From an uncultured Acidobacteriota bacterium (GTDB lineage: Bacteria > Acidobacteriota > Thermoanaerobaculia > Thermoanaerobaculales > Sulfomarinibacteraceae), in assembly GCA_963823445.1 (NCBI GenBank), contig CAWGLT010000023.1, positions 151,018 to 215,017 on the forward strand: DNA of 64,000 bases. The letters run 5' to 3'. Below are positions 26,611 through 36,208 of this stretch, piece after piece. The position numbers and the translations under genes were made by a program. Under the pieces are notes generated by a model that was not told the origin of the DNA, did no database searches, and worked only from the letters and a program-made list of their open reading frames with translations. Each line of letters begins with the position of its first letter. Position 1 is the first letter of the stretch.

Positions 26611-26886
26611 GCCCTCCAGGACCCGCGGAAAACCACGCCCCATCGGGGTGCCGGGTTTGACATTGTGCCGGAGCGACCGACCAGCTTCGCGGCGCTCCCC
26701 GCACAATGTCATACCGGGCTCCCCCGGGACGGGCGATGAAGTCTGATCTCCCGGCTACGAAGCAGGCCGCCGGCGTGCCATCGGCGTGGTCGCAGCCCTT
26801 TCAATCAACCCGCGAGCGACCACGCCGATGGCGCGACGCTGGGCCGCTGGGACGCCAAAGCGTCACGGCGGCCCGGAAGGCCGGGG
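26611..26886 (-). repeat. composite structured repeat B, copy B2 (inverted)
   Basis: Hairpins TGACATTGTGC/GCACAATGTCA (26658-26711), CCATCGGCGTGGTCGC/GCGACCACGCCGATGG (26778-26831) and GACGC-CAAA-GCGTC (26851-26864). Roughly 85% identical by eye to 40800-41053 when reverse-complemented. Confidence 0.85.
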
Positions 26887-27113
26887 ATGAGGACAGCATC
26901 AGGGGCAGCATCAGCGACAGCGTCAGGAATCACCGACAGCGACAGCGGCGGCGGCAGTCTTCAGGGGCAGCGACAGTGGCAGCAATCAGGGACAGCGTCA
27001 GGAACCAACGGCAAAACGTGCGCGATCGGACGTTTCCCTTGACGCGGATCGCAGCATCAACACTCCTGGTTGTTCTTGATGAGACGGGAATCTGCGCCTC
27101 TGCGTTGAAACCG

Positions 27114-27833
27114 TCACCCCGTGGCCTCGACCAACCCGAAGGTCCTCTTCCTCCCGTGGTACCAGGCCACGGCGCGATCGAAGTCTTCGGGTGAGAAATC
27201 CGGCCACCGCTGATCGGTGAAGAAGAGCTCGGCGTAGGCCGCCTGCCAGAGCAGGAAATTCGAGAGCCGGCGTTCGCTGCCGGTGCGGATGACGAGATCG
27301 GCGGGTGGAGTGTCCCCGGTGTCGAGGTTGTCGCCGAAGAGGACGTCTTCGATGGCGTCCGGGTCGAGCTCGCCGTCGGCGACCCGGCGCGCGAGCCGGC
27401 GCGCGGTGCGGACGATCTCGTCGCGGCCGCTGTAGGAGAGGGCGAGGGTGAGCCGCATCCCGCCGAGGCCGCGGGTTTTCTTGATCGCCCGTTCGAGCAG
27501 CGACCCGGCGCGGTTCGGCAATCGCCCGAGATCGCCGATGGCTGCAAGCTCGATGCCGTGCTTCTTGAGCCCCTCCTCCTGATCGACGATGAACTCGGCC
27601 AGGAGCTCCATGAGGCAGTTGACCTCGAATGCCGGACGGGCCCAGTTTTCGGTCGAGAAGGCAAAGAGGGTCAGATAGCTGAGACCCGCTTCCCGGCAGT
27701 GGGTGATGATCCTCCTCACCGCCGCCGCTCCCTGGTGATGGCCGGCGGTCCGCGCGAGACCTCGAGCCCGGGCCCAACGGCCGTTGCCGTCCATGATGAT
27801 CGCGACGTGTCGAAGTGGGGATTCTCTCATCAT
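27114..27833 (-). CDS. uppS: isoprenyl transferase (undecaprenyl-diphosphate synthase)
   Basis: HVAIIMDGNGRWA, FSTENW and RTGGE-like IRTGSERRLSNFLLWQ motifs. GGAGG lies 4-7 nt before the ATGATG at 27833/27830. The track ORF begins at 27860. Confidence 0.9.
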   Translation of the reverse strand: MMRESPLRHVAIIMDGNGRWARARGLARTAGHHQGAAAVRRIITHCREAGLSYLTLFAFSTENWARPAFEVNCLMELLAEFIVDQEEGLKKHGIELAAIGDLGRLPNRAGSLLERAIKKTRGLGGMRLTLALSYSGRDEIVRTARRLARRVADGELDPDAIEDVLFGDNLDTGDTPPADLVIRTGSERRLSNFLLWQAAYAELFFTDQRWPDFSPEDFDRAVAWYHGRKRTFGLVEATG

Positions 27834-28059
27834 CGGTCCTCCGTGAGTCGGTTGATCCATGCAACCAGATTCGGGCCGGAAGGCGATGACCGCGTGGCGG
27901 GTTCATGGCGGTTGTGTGGCGAACAGCGGCGGTTTCGTGCCGCCGGTGCGAGCTCATCCGGTGAGAAGGCCTGCCCGAGCGGCCCCAGCCGATGGTCTGC
28001 CGTCCGTTCGCCGCTCGCCCCGGGGTGGTGTTATCCTTTTCGAGCAGATTTGGAGGCAC

Positions 28060-28755
28060 ATGGCGAAGAGACGCTATCGCATCCTCGCGCCGAGCGCGGT
28101 CACCTCGGCCAATATCGCCGCCGGTTTCATGGCGATGGTCGCGGCGGCCGATGGCCGATTCGAACTCAGCGTCTACCTGCTCGTAGTCGCCATCCTCTGT
28201 GATGTGCTCGACGGCACCATCGCCCGATTGCTCGGCGCGACCAGCGATTTCGGCCAGGAGATGGACAGCTTCTCGGACGCGATTTCTTTTGGTGTCGCGC
28301 CCGCATTCCTGGTTTACCTCGCGGTGCTTCGGCCCCTCGGTTTCTGGGGGCTCATCGTCTGCCTGGTCTATCTTCTCGCCGGGGTGACCCGGTTGACGCG
28401 GTTCGTCCTCACCAGTAACGCCCACGGCAAGGAGCTTCGCACCACCGGGGCGCCGATCCCGGTGGCCGCCTCGTATCTGATGGCGGCGGTGCTCATGCGC
28501 GACAGCATGTCGATCGAGGCGGTCGCCCTCGTGTTGCTGGTGATGTCGGTGCTCATGGTGTCGAGGATTCGGTTGCCCAATCTCAAGGGTAAGAACATCG
28601 TCACCGCCATGCTGCTCATCGGGATCGTCAACTACATGCTGGTTGTGTTCCGTCCGAGCTGGCTCACCATCTCGTGGTGGAACGTCTGGAACGCCTTCAT
28701 CCTCGTCGCCGCGAAGCTCCAGAGCAATCGTCTACAGACTTCATCAGCGCCCTGA
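28060..28755 (+). CDS. pssA: CDP-alcohol phosphatidyltransferase (phosphatidylserine synthase-like)
   Basis: Starts at MAKRRYR (ATG 28060, TGGAGG SD). Motif D(x)2DG(x)2AR...G(x)3D(x)3D appears as CDVLDGTIARLLG..FGQEMDSFSDAISF. Confidence 0.8.
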   Translation: MAKRRYRILAPSAVTSANIAAGFMAMVAAADGRFELSVYLLVVAILCDVLDGTIARLLGATSDFGQEMDSFSDAISFGVAPAFLVYLAVLRPLGFWGLIVCLVYLLAGVTRLTRFVLTSNAHGKELRTTGAPIPVAASYLMAAVLMRDSMSIEAVALVLLVMSVLMVSRIRLPNLKGKNIVTAMLLIGIVNYMLVVFRPSWLTISWWNVWNAFILVAAKLQSNRLQTSSAP

Positions 28756-28761
28756 CCGCCG

Positions 28762-29655
28762 TTATCCGAGGATCTGTCGGAATGCGTCCGCCAATGTCGG
28801 CGCGCTGAATGTGTAGCCGGTTTCCTCGAGCACCTTCGGCACCGCCCTGGTCGATGACAACAGGAGCGCTTCGGCCATCTCGCCGAGGGCGAGCTTGACG
28901 GCGAACGCCGGAGCCGGGACGATGGCCGGCCGGCCGAGGTGCTCGCCGAGGGTCCGGGCAAAGCCCTTGCTGGTGACTGTTTCAGGTGCGACGAGGTTGA
29001 CCGGCCCCCGGATATCGTCGCGGCCGAGAACGTGATGGAACGCACCGAGGACATCGCCCATGGCGATCCACGGCCACCACTGACGGCCGTTCCCCATGGG
29101 CCCGCCGAAACCCAGTTTGAACGGCGGCAGCATCTTTTCCAGGGCCGCGCCGTCGCCGAGAACCATCCCGAGCCGAAGGAGCACCACTCGTGTCGATTCG
29201 GAATCAGCCGCCACCGCTGTCGCCTCCCAATCCCTGGAGAGATCGGCGAGAAAACCACTCCCCGGGGCCGATCCTTCGTCAAGGACCTCGTCACCCCGGT
29301 CGCCGTAGAAGCCCGTCGCCGATGCATTGACGAGCACCGTGGGAGGAACCTCGGCCCGGCCGATGGCGTCAACGATCGTGCGGGTCGCGTCGAGGCGGCT
29401 CGACCGCAGTTCGTCCTTGACCGCCGGGGACCAGCGACCCTGGCTGATGCTGCGGCCGTTGAGGTTGATGACGGCGTCCGATCCCGAGATGAATGCCGGG
29501 TCGAGATCGCCCGCGACGGGATTCCAACGAACCTCGGTTGCACGGTCGGTGGGTTCGCGGCGAACCAGGGATGTGACGTGATGGCCGTGATGCCGCAGGT
29601 GTGCGACCAGGGCGCCTCCGACAAAACCGCTTGCTCCGGAAATGATGATCTTCAT
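28762..29655 (-). CDS. TIGR01777-type NAD-dependent epimerase/dehydratase family protein (YfcH-like)
   Basis: GASGFVG Rossmann motif and a C-terminal DUF1731-like region. Confidence 0.75.
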   Translation of the reverse strand: MKIIISGASGFVGGALVAHLRHHGHHVTSLVRREPTDRATEVRWNPVAGDLDPAFISGSDAVINLNGRSISQGRWSPAVKDELRSSRLDATRTIVDAIGRAEVPPTVLVNASATGFYGDRGDEVLDEGSAPGSGFLADLSRDWEATAVAADSESTRVVLLRLGMVLGDGAALEKMLPPFKLGFGGPMGNGRQWWPWIAMGDVLGAFHHVLGRDDIRGPVNLVAPETVTSKGFARTLGEHLGRPAIVPAPAFAVKLALGEMAEALLLSSTRAVPKVLEETGYTFSAPTLADAFRQILG

Positions 29656-29659
29656 GGTG

Positions 29660-30751
29660 TCAGGATAGCGCTCCCGGAACCCGAGGTATTCCTAGCCTTC
29701 GAGATCTTTTTTTTTCGGGTGCTCTGAGCGGCTGCTCCGACCAATCCCGGGTGTGGTCGGCGATGATCTCGGCGAGCGCCGTCGTGTGCTCCCAACGATC
29801 GTTGAGCGCGGGAATATAGCGATAGCCGCTGCCGCCCGCTGCTGCGAATCGTTCGCGACCCGATATCGCGACCTCCTCGAGCGTCTCGAGGCAGTCGGCC
29901 GCGAAGCCGGGGCAGATGACGTCGACCCCTTGGACGCCGCGTTGTCCCCATCCGGTGAGGCGTGAATCGAGGTCGGGTCCGAGCCACCTCTCCCTGCCGA
30001 ATCGCGATTGGTAGGCCATGTGCCAGCGGCCGGGTGTGAGCTCGAGGCGGGCGGCGAGGGCGCGCGCGGTTGCGGCGCACTGCTTGGGATAGGGGTCGCC
30101 GAGTTCCGCGTATCTGCGTGGGATGCCGTGAAAGGACATGAGAAGCCGGTTCGGCTGGCCGTGTTCGCTCCAGAACTCTCGAACCACCGATTGGAGCGCA
30201 GTCAGATAAGCAGGGTGATTGTGGTAATCGCGGACCGTGCGGAGTTCCGGAACCGCCGTCATGCCGGAAACCGCGTCCGCGACGGCGTCCTCCGTCGATG
30301 CGGTGGTCGTGGTGCTGTACTGCGGGTAGAGAGGCAGGACCAGGATGCGGGCGCAACCCCGATCGGTGAGCGCAGCGATGCCGTCTCTGATTGATGGCGA
30401 TCCGTACCGCATGGCCACTTCCAACGGGACCCCGGTGCCACCGGTGTCGTTCAATCGCGTCGTGAGAGCGTCTCCGATCCGCCGGGTCGTGACCGTCAGC
30501 GGTGAGCCGTCGCCGGTCCAGATTCTGCGATACCCAGCGGCCGATTTTCGCGGGCGAAGAGGGAGAACGACAAGATTGCGAACAAGAAACCAGCGGAACC
30601 GCGGCAGGTCAACGACTCGACGGTCGGCGAGGAACTCGCGAAGATATCGTCGGACGGCCCGGGCGGTCGGCGCCGCCGGGGAACCGAGATTGCTCAGCAG
30701 CACGCCGAAAGTCGGCTGGGGAATTCGACCGCCATCGCCGATGGTGGACAT
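29660..30751 (-). CDS. hemH: ferrochelatase
   Basis: 363 aa with LNLGSP-like start (LLSNLGSP), PLYPQYS and SFHGIP motifs. Confidence 0.9.
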   Translation of the reverse strand: MSTIGDGGRIPQPTFGVLLSNLGSPAAPTARAVRRYLREFLADRRVVDLPRFRWFLVRNLVVLPLRPRKSAAGYRRIWTGDGSPLTVTTRRIGDALTTRLNDTGGTGVPLEVAMRYGSPSIRDGIAALTDRGCARILVLPLYPQYSTTTTASTEDAVADAVSGMTAVPELRTVRDYHNHPAYLTALQSVVREFWSEHGQPNRLLMSFHGIPRRYAELGDPYPKQCAATARALAARLELTPGRWHMAYQSRFGRERWLGPDLDSRLTGWGQRGVQGVDVICPGFAADCLETLEEVAISGRERFAAAGGSGYRYIPALNDRWEHTTALAEIIADHTRDWSEQPLRAPEKKRSRRLGIPRVPGALS

Positions 30752-30777
30752 GGCTCCCCCTTTCGACGCTCAAGGCC

Positions 30778-31299
30778 TCACTGGGCGGTGGGACCGTCCG
30801 CGAAGTCGTTGGGGTCGAACGCGTCCATATCGGGCACCTTCGCCATGATTTCTTTGATCATTTCCTGGTGGCGGACCTCTTCGTCACGGAGCTGGACGAA
30901 AAGGGCGTTGACCTTGGCGTTCTTCACCGAAGGCAGGGCGTCGTGATAGAAATCGTAGGCCTTGATTTCGGCGTTGAGGGCGACCTCGAGGGCATCGTTG
31001 ATGGACATGAAGGCGCGGGCTCCGTCGTAATCCGGCGCTTCGATGTCGTAGAGCATCGAGGTGTCGGCTGTGTTGGGTTCGGTTCCGAACAGCTCGGCGC
31101 GTTTACTGGCGAGGACCTCTGCGTGCTTGACCTCGTTGTCGGCCATGAAACGGAAGAACTTGGCGACCTCGGGGGTGCGGTGGGCTTCGAGCTGCTCGGC
31201 GAACTCGTCGTACCGCTCCTTGGCTTCTTCTTCGATGGCAATGGCGAGGTCAAGGGTGTCTCTGAGGTTCAGAATTGAGAAGTCGATGTCGTGGCTCAA
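30778..31299 (-). CDS. rubrerythrin/ferritin-like diiron protein
   Basis: Two ExxH motifs (DNEVKHAEV, DEEVRHQEM) plus paired Glu helices. Confidence 0.7.
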   Translation of the reverse strand: MSHDIDFSILNLRDTLDLAIAIEEEAKERYDEFAEQLEAHRTPEVAKFFRFMADNEVKHAEVLASKRAELFGTEPNTADTSMLYDIEAPDYDGARAFMSINDALEVALNAEIKAYDFYHDALPSVKNAKVNALFVQLRDEEVRHQEMIKEIMAKVPDMDAFDPNDFADGPTAQ

Positions 31300-31378
31300 T
31301 GCGTGCCTCCAGCTCGTCGCCGGGTATTTGTCGAGGCGACGTTGTCGGGGGGAACTGTGAACCCGCCGATGGTGCTTG

Positions 31379-32050
31379 TCAAGGCGCCCGGTGCCAGCGG
31401 ACGCGATCCCAGGCCATTCCCGCGACCCAGCCGACGCCCATGAAGACGATGACCGCGCCGGTATGCCAGACGAGCACGTGGGAGAGATTCGACATGGGAC
31501 ACAACAGGTGAATGACCGCGTCCGAGGCCACCATGGCGCCGGCGCCGCCGAGAAGACCCGCAGTCGGCGCCCGCAGCGGGAGGGCGCGGAAGACCAGCCA
31601 CATGGTCACGACAAAGGTCGGGAGGGCCATGGCGGTTTCGTGCTTGAAACAACCGATTCCGGGAGCGAGACCGTCAACGGGCATGGCGATGGCCGGCGAG
31701 TAGATCGACGTCGCGACACCGACGAGGATCTGCACCGCGAGGGCGGTCAGCGCGGCGATGCGGACGGCGCCTTCCGGGATGCCCTCGCCGGGGACAGCTT
31801 CGCGGAGCGCGAGGCTGATCAGCAGGATCCCGAGGGCGAGCTGGAGAATGGAACATCCCCAACTCAGCCACATGGGCAGGTGGTCCATGTCCGGGCGGAG
31901 GCTGGCTTTGACGAGGACGAAGGCGAGCACGAGTACGAGGATCGCCACTGCCAGGATGGTCCGCAGCCACGCCGGGCGGAGCGGACGGACCGGGGCAAGA
32001 TCGCTCTCGATGGCCTCACGCAGGCCGTTGGGGATCGGGTCGAGACTCAT
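31379..32050 (-). CDS. NrsF-like (DUF1109) membrane anti-sigma factor
   Basis: Six predicted TM segments. The ATG lies 1 nt after the stop of the ECF sigma gene (TGAgATG). Confidence 0.6.
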   Translation of the reverse strand: MSLDPIPNGLREAIESDLAPVRPLRPAWLRTILAVAILVLVLAFVLVKASLRPDMDHLPMWLSWGCSILQLALGILLISLALREAVPGEGIPEGAVRIAALTALAVQILVGVATSIYSPAIAMPVDGLAPGIGCFKHETAMALPTFVVTMWLVFRALPLRAPTAGLLGGAGAMVASDAVIHLLCPMSNLSHVLVWHTGAVIVFMGVGWVAGMAWDRVRWHRAP

Positions 32051-32051
32051 C

Positions 32052-32606
32052 TCACCCACCTTCCTCGGTCAGCCGTTTGCGGATCCTGTTCAATGCGCGG
32101 TGGGCGCGGACCTTGGCGGTGCCGGGGGCGATCCCGACGATGGCTCCGACCTCCTCGAAGCTCATGCCGAGCAGATGGTGGAGAATGAGAACCTCTTGAG
32201 CTTCTCGCGGCAGGGTGCTGAGCAGCCGTTGCACGGTCGCCCGATCGGCGAGCTGATCCATCTCCGGCGGCACCGGAACCTCCGGGAGATCGTCGTCGGG
32301 CAGGACCTCCTTGCGCCGCCGCATGGAGCGGAGGTGCATCAGGGCGACATGCCGGGTGATGGCGTAAATCCACGGCCGCACCGGGCGCGGTGGGGTGTAG
32401 GTCCGCCGTGCTCGGTGGAGTTGAAGGAAGGTCTCCTGGAGCAGGTCCTCGGCGATGGTCTGATTTCGGACAAAGGTCCATAGATAGCGAATGAGTGGAC
32501 GCTTCAGGGCGTTGTACAGGCCCGTGAACGCATCCATGTCCCCCTTCTGGTAGGCGATCATCAGCGCGGTCAGTTGCTGCTCTTCGGCGCGACGGTCGAC
32601 TGCCAT
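32052..32606 (-). CDS. ECF-type RNA polymerase sigma-70 factor
   Basis: Region 2 (DLLQETFLQLHR) and region 4 (EVLILHHLLGMSFEEVGAIVGIAPGTAKVRAHRAL). Confidence 0.9.
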   Translation of the reverse strand: MAVDRRAEEQQLTALMIAYQKGDMDAFTGLYNALKRPLIRYLWTFVRNQTIAEDLLQETFLQLHRARRTYTPPRPVRPWIYAITRHVALMHLRSMRRRKEVLPDDDLPEVPVPPEMDQLADRATVQRLLSTLPREAQEVLILHHLLGMSFEEVGAIVGIAPGTAKVRAHRALNRIRKRLTEEGG

Positions 32607-32704
32607 CAGTGAGTATGCCCTTCTGAGTTTGGACGTTACTTGACCCAGAAGTATAAACCGGCAAGGGGCGACTGCTATTCTCGTTCTCGTTCATAATCGT
32701 CGGC

Positions 32705-33739
32705 GTGTCCGTCGCCGATTGCCTCACCGCCTGGTTCCGCGCCAACGCACGGCCGCTGCCGTGGCGGGTCGAGCCCCGCAATCCCTACCACTCGTTGGTG
32801 TCCGAATTGATGGCCCAACAGACGCAGCTCGATCGCGTGGTGCCGCGGTTCGGGGCCTTCGTGAACAGGTTTCCGGATTTTCGGGCGCTCGCAGCCGCAA
32901 CCGAGGATGAAGTGCTCGAGCAGTGGTCCGGTCTCGGCTACTACCGCCGCGCCCGCCTCCTGCACAGGCTCGCGGGTGTCGTCGCCGCCGGAAGCGGAGA
33001 GCTGCCGACCACGGCGGCGGAACTCGAAACGCTGCCCGGAATCGGCCCCTACACCGCGGCGGCGGTGGCTTCGACGGTCTTCGGCGAGGCGGTTCCTCTC
33101 ATGGACGGCAACGTCGCGCGCGTCGGGGCGCGGGTCCTCGCTCTGGCCGAAGACCCGCGGAGTCAAGCCGGCAGGACCGCCGTTTTAGAATGGGTCCGCG
33201 CTCTGATGACCGACACGCCGCCCGGCGAAGTCAACGAGGCATTGATGGAGCTCGGCGCGACGATCTGCAGACCCGCGCAACCGGACTGCGGCGCCTGTCC
33301 GCTGGCCGAGAGTTGCCGTGCGCACCGTGCTGGTGATCCGACGGCCTACCCGCCGCCGCGGCGAGCCCGGGAGACCGTCGAGGTGCGTTGGTTGGCGGTG
33401 ATCATCGAAGATCACGATGGGCGCTGGCTGTTGCGTCAGGTGGTTGAAGGTCCGATCCTCAACGGGCTCTGGTTGCCGCCGTTTTGCGAGATCGACCCGA
33501 TACGGCCCCTCGAAGAACAGGCCTTCGACCTTGCAGCCTTCGAAGTCGAATCGGCCGTCGACGTCTTCGAGCCGGTCAAACACTCCATCACGCACCGGAG
33601 AATCGAGGTCACGCCGGCACGAACTCGAATGGACGATCCGGTGAGCGCGCCCGAAGGGTGGTCGTGGGCCGATCCGGAGAAGCCGAATCTCCCGACGTCC
33701 TCGCTTCTCGGTAAATTGCTGAAGTCGATATCCTCGTGA
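32705..33739 (+). CDS. mutY: A/G-specific adenine DNA glycosylase
   Basis: HhH-GPD (LPGIGPYTAAAV), a 4Fe-4S cluster loop (CxxxxxxCxxCxxxxxC) and a C-terminal NUDIX-like domain. GTG start. Confidence 0.9.
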   Translation: MSVADCLTAWFRANARPLPWRVEPRNPYHSLVSELMAQQTQLDRVVPRFGAFVNRFPDFRALAAATEDEVLEQWSGLGYYRRARLLHRLAGVVAAGSGELPTTAAELETLPGIGPYTAAAVASTVFGEAVPLMDGNVARVGARVLALAEDPRSQAGRTAVLEWVRALMTDTPPGEVNEALMELGATICRPAQPDCGACPLAESCRAHRAGDPTAYPPPRRARETVEVRWLAVIIEDHDGRWLLRQVVEGPILNGLWLPPFCEIDPIRPLEEQAFDLAAFEVESAVDVFEPVKHSITHRRIEVTPARTRMDDPVSAPEGWSWADPEKPNLPTSSLLGKLLKSISS

Positions 33740-33747
33740 GGTCTTTT

Positions 33748-33784
33748 TCATTTCTCGGCGGTGCGGGGTAACGCCGAGAAATGA
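33748..33784. terminator. hairpin downstream of mutY
   Basis: TCATTTCTCGGCG-11nt-CGCCGAGAAATGA, a perfect 13-bp stem with a T-run on the 5' side only. Confidence 0.5.
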
Positions 33785-33802
33785 ATGACGGTTCAGTTTC
33801 CC

Positions 33803-33811
33803 TGGTATACT
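33803..33811 (+). promoter_or_regulatory. possible extended -10 promoter element TGGTATACT
   Basis: TGnTATAcT about 58 nt upstream of the ATG at 33869. No convincing -35 element. Confidence 0.3.
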
Positions 33812-33868
33812 GCCGAGGTGCGGCAAGCATCTCGAGTTCAATCATTTTCTCGGTTCTGAGGAGGAGTC

Positions 33869-35881
33869 ATGGACCACGCCACCGCGGCATCGTTTTTGGG
33901 GATTTCGGGCGTTGTCTGGTTCTGGGCGCTCACCGTCGTCGGCGTCGGCGCCGTGGTGTTCTCACTGAGCCGTCGTTTCAGCATGCTCGAGTTGGGTCGG
34001 CCGGAGTACCGCTTCGACCGGCTCGGAGAACGATTCAAACACGTTCTCGTCTATGCATTCGGCCAGAAGAAGATGTTCGACGATCCCTTCGCCGGGATCT
34101 ACCATCTGCTGATCTTCTACGGATTCCTGGTTGTCAGCATCAGAACCGTGACCATGGTGATCGAAGGTCTCTTCGCGGGTTGGGAGCTGCCGCTGCTCCA
34201 CACCGGCGTCGGGCACGCCTATCTCTTTTCCAAGGACGTTTTCGAAGCGCTGGTGCTCCTCGGATTGGTCTTCGCCGTGTGGCGGCGCGGCGTCCAGCGC
34301 AAGGACCGCATCATCCAGTCGTCCGGCGCCTGGATCGTCATCGGGCTCATCGCCATTCTCATGCTCACCGATCTCGCGTCGGAAGGGGCGAGGATTGCCG
34401 CCGGCGCGCTTGACGGCAGTTTTCTGCCGGTCTCGGCGGTCTTCGGGTCGCTCTTTGCCGGATTCTCCGAAGGTGCGCTCCAGGGGATCTACGGCTGGAC
34501 CTGGTGGCTCCACCTCATCACCCTCTACGTCTTTGCCAACGAGCTCCCGTACTCGAAGCACTTTCACGTCTACACCTCGATCTTCAACGTCTTCTTCGCC
34601 AACCTCGACCCTCCCGGCAAGCTCAAGTCCATGGATCTGGAGAACGTCGACGAAAACACCCGGTTCGGGATTTCGACCATCACCGACTTCACCTGGAAAC
34701 AGATGCTCGACATGTACACCTGCACCGAGTGCGGGCGTTGTCGCGAGTACTGTCCAACGACCCTGACCGACAAACCGCTGCAACCGGTGCTCTTCCTCAA
34801 GACCGTTCGAAATCAGCTCTACAGCGAGCAGAACGACCTTCTCGCGATGTCTGGCGAGGAGACCGCAGGGTCGCAGCACGAGCTGGTCCCCGTCGTCGTC
34901 GATCCCGAGGTCATCTGGGCGTGCACCACCTGCCGGTGGTGCGAACGAGCCTGCCCCCTGGACATCACCTATGTCGACAAGCTGGTGGAGCTGAGGCAGA
35001 ACCTGGTGCTCGAGAAGGCCGAGTTCCCCGAGGAGGCCCAACCCGCCTTCCGCGGCTACGAGGTCAATGGCAACCCGTGGCAGCTCCCGGCCGAGGAGCG
35101 GGGCAACTGGGCCGACGGCCTCGATATTCCGTTGGCGGCCGAGGCCGGCGGCGATTTCGAGTATCTCTTCTTTGTCGGTTCCCCGGGCAGCTACGACGAC
35201 CACGGCAAGAAGGTGTCGAGGGCGCTCGCGAAAATCCTCAAGGCGGCGGGCGTGAAAATCGCCATCCTCGGCCCGGAAGAGGTCTCGACCGGCGATGCAG
35301 CCCGTCGTCTCGGCAACGAGTATCTCTTCCAGACGCTGGCGATGCAGAACATCGAAGTCATGAACGGATACGGTGTCAAGAAGATCGTCACCAACTGCCC
35401 GCACGCCTTCAACACCATCGCCCACGAGTATCCCGATTTCGGCGGGAACTACGAGGTCGTACACGGGACCCAGCTGGTGGCCGATCTCGTTCGCGAGGGC
35501 CGGATCAAACTGACCGAATCCGTCGAGCTCGATCTCGCCTATCACGACCCCTGCTATCTCGGGCGGACCAACGGTGAGTACGACGCTCCGCGGTTTCTGC
35601 TCAACGCGATTCCCGGGCTCAGAGTGCGCGAGGCCGAGCTCAGTCGTGATCGCTCCATGTGTTGCGGCGCGGGCGGCGGCAGGATGTGGCTCGAGGAAGA
35701 CCTCGGCACCAGGATCAATCAGCTGCGTTTCGAACAGCTCCGGGCGAGCGGGACCGAGGAGGTCGCCGTCGCCTGTCCCTACTGTTTCTCGATGCTCTCG
35801 GACGCCCAGCGCGAGGGAGGGCTGGAGAACGCTCAGACTCTCGACGTCATCGAGCTGGTGGCCCGGTCTCTCCAGGAGTAA
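33869..35881 (+). CDS. membrane-bound Fe-S oxidoreductase: NarI/DsrM-like cytochrome b domain fused to an HdrD/DsrK-like domain
   Basis: 670 aa. The N-terminal ~230 aa has multiple TM segments with conserved His residues. These are followed by two CxxCxxCxxxCP ferredoxin motifs and two CCG-type Cys-rich repeats (CPHAFN; CPYCFS). GAGGAGG SD. Confidence 0.75.
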   Translation: MDHATAASFLGISGVVWFWALTVVGVGAVVFSLSRRFSMLELGRPEYRFDRLGERFKHVLVYAFGQKKMFDDPFAGIYHLLIFYGFLVVSIRTVTMVIEGLFAGWELPLLHTGVGHAYLFSKDVFEALVLLGLVFAVWRRGVQRKDRIIQSSGAWIVIGLIAILMLTDLASEGARIAAGALDGSFLPVSAVFGSLFAGFSEGALQGIYGWTWWLHLITLYVFANELPYSKHFHVYTSIFNVFFANLDPPGKLKSMDLENVDENTRFGISTITDFTWKQMLDMYTCTECGRCREYCPTTLTDKPLQPVLFLKTVRNQLYSEQNDLLAMSGEETAGSQHELVPVVVDPEVIWACTTCRWCERACPLDITYVDKLVELRQNLVLEKAEFPEEAQPAFRGYEVNGNPWQLPAEERGNWADGLDIPLAAEAGGDFEYLFFVGSPGSYDDHGKKVSRALAKILKAAGVKIAILGPEEVSTGDAARRLGNEYLFQTLAMQNIEVMNGYGVKKIVTNCPHAFNTIAHEYPDFGGNYEVVHGTQLVADLVREGRIKLTESVELDLAYHDPCYLGRTNGEYDAPRFLLNAIPGLRVREAELSRDRSMCCGAGGGRMWLEEDLGTRINQLRFEQLRASGTEEVAVACPYCFSMLSDAQREGGLENAQTLDVIELVARSLQE

Positions 35882-35999
35882 CGGTTTTTCAGCCCGGATG
35901 TCTCGCCGGGGCAGGGTCGCGGCAGGTCAAACGGGTCCCGATGCGGCGGCATCGGGGTCGATTGCGGGGAATACCAGCAACCGATCGTTGTCGGGCGTG

Positions 36000-36028
36000 T
36001 TGCGGTGGGTGGGCCGAGGGGCTATATT
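36000..36028 (+). promoter_or_regulatory. sigma70-like promoter TTGCGG-17-TATATT
   Basis: Best -35/-10 match in the window. It would give a ~200-nt leader before the GTG at 36233. Confidence 0.45.
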
Positions 36029-36082
36029 AAAAGGGCATTCGAGAATCGTCTTGCGCATAGACAACCTTCGTGTGAACAGGTG

Positions 36083-36208
36083 ATGTCGTGGTACGACGCG
36101 CTGCGGATCCTCGTGGCGAACGATCTTTGGGTGATCTCAATACCGACAATCCTCGGGCTGCGACAGGGTCGGGCGCCGTTCCACCCCCCCCCTGCCGACG
36201 GGTTGTGA
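36083..36208 (+). CDS. possible 41-aa small membrane protein
   Basis: MSWYDALRILVANDLWVISIPTILGLRQGRAPFHPPPADGL has high GC3 and one hydrophobic helix, and lies within the leader of the HTH-REC gene. No homolog could be checked. Confidence 0.25.
   Translation: MSWYDALRILVANDLWVISIPTILGLRQGRAPFHPPPADGL

Noticed and set aside
26706-27194. A conserved small ORF starting MSYRAPPG(G/R)AM(R/K)S..PA.K.AAG.PSAWSQP appears in all three copies of element B (also 40673..40963 and 11822..12043, both minus strand).
   Set aside because: The ATG lies inside the hairpin arm (GCACAATGTCA). Differences between copies are mostly first- and second-codon-position changes (R/G, K/R, D/A, T/A, V/A), and the frames diverge after the 16-bp hairpin loop. 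The peptide similarity is therefore a by-product of nucleotide conservation, not evidence of purifying selection on a protein.
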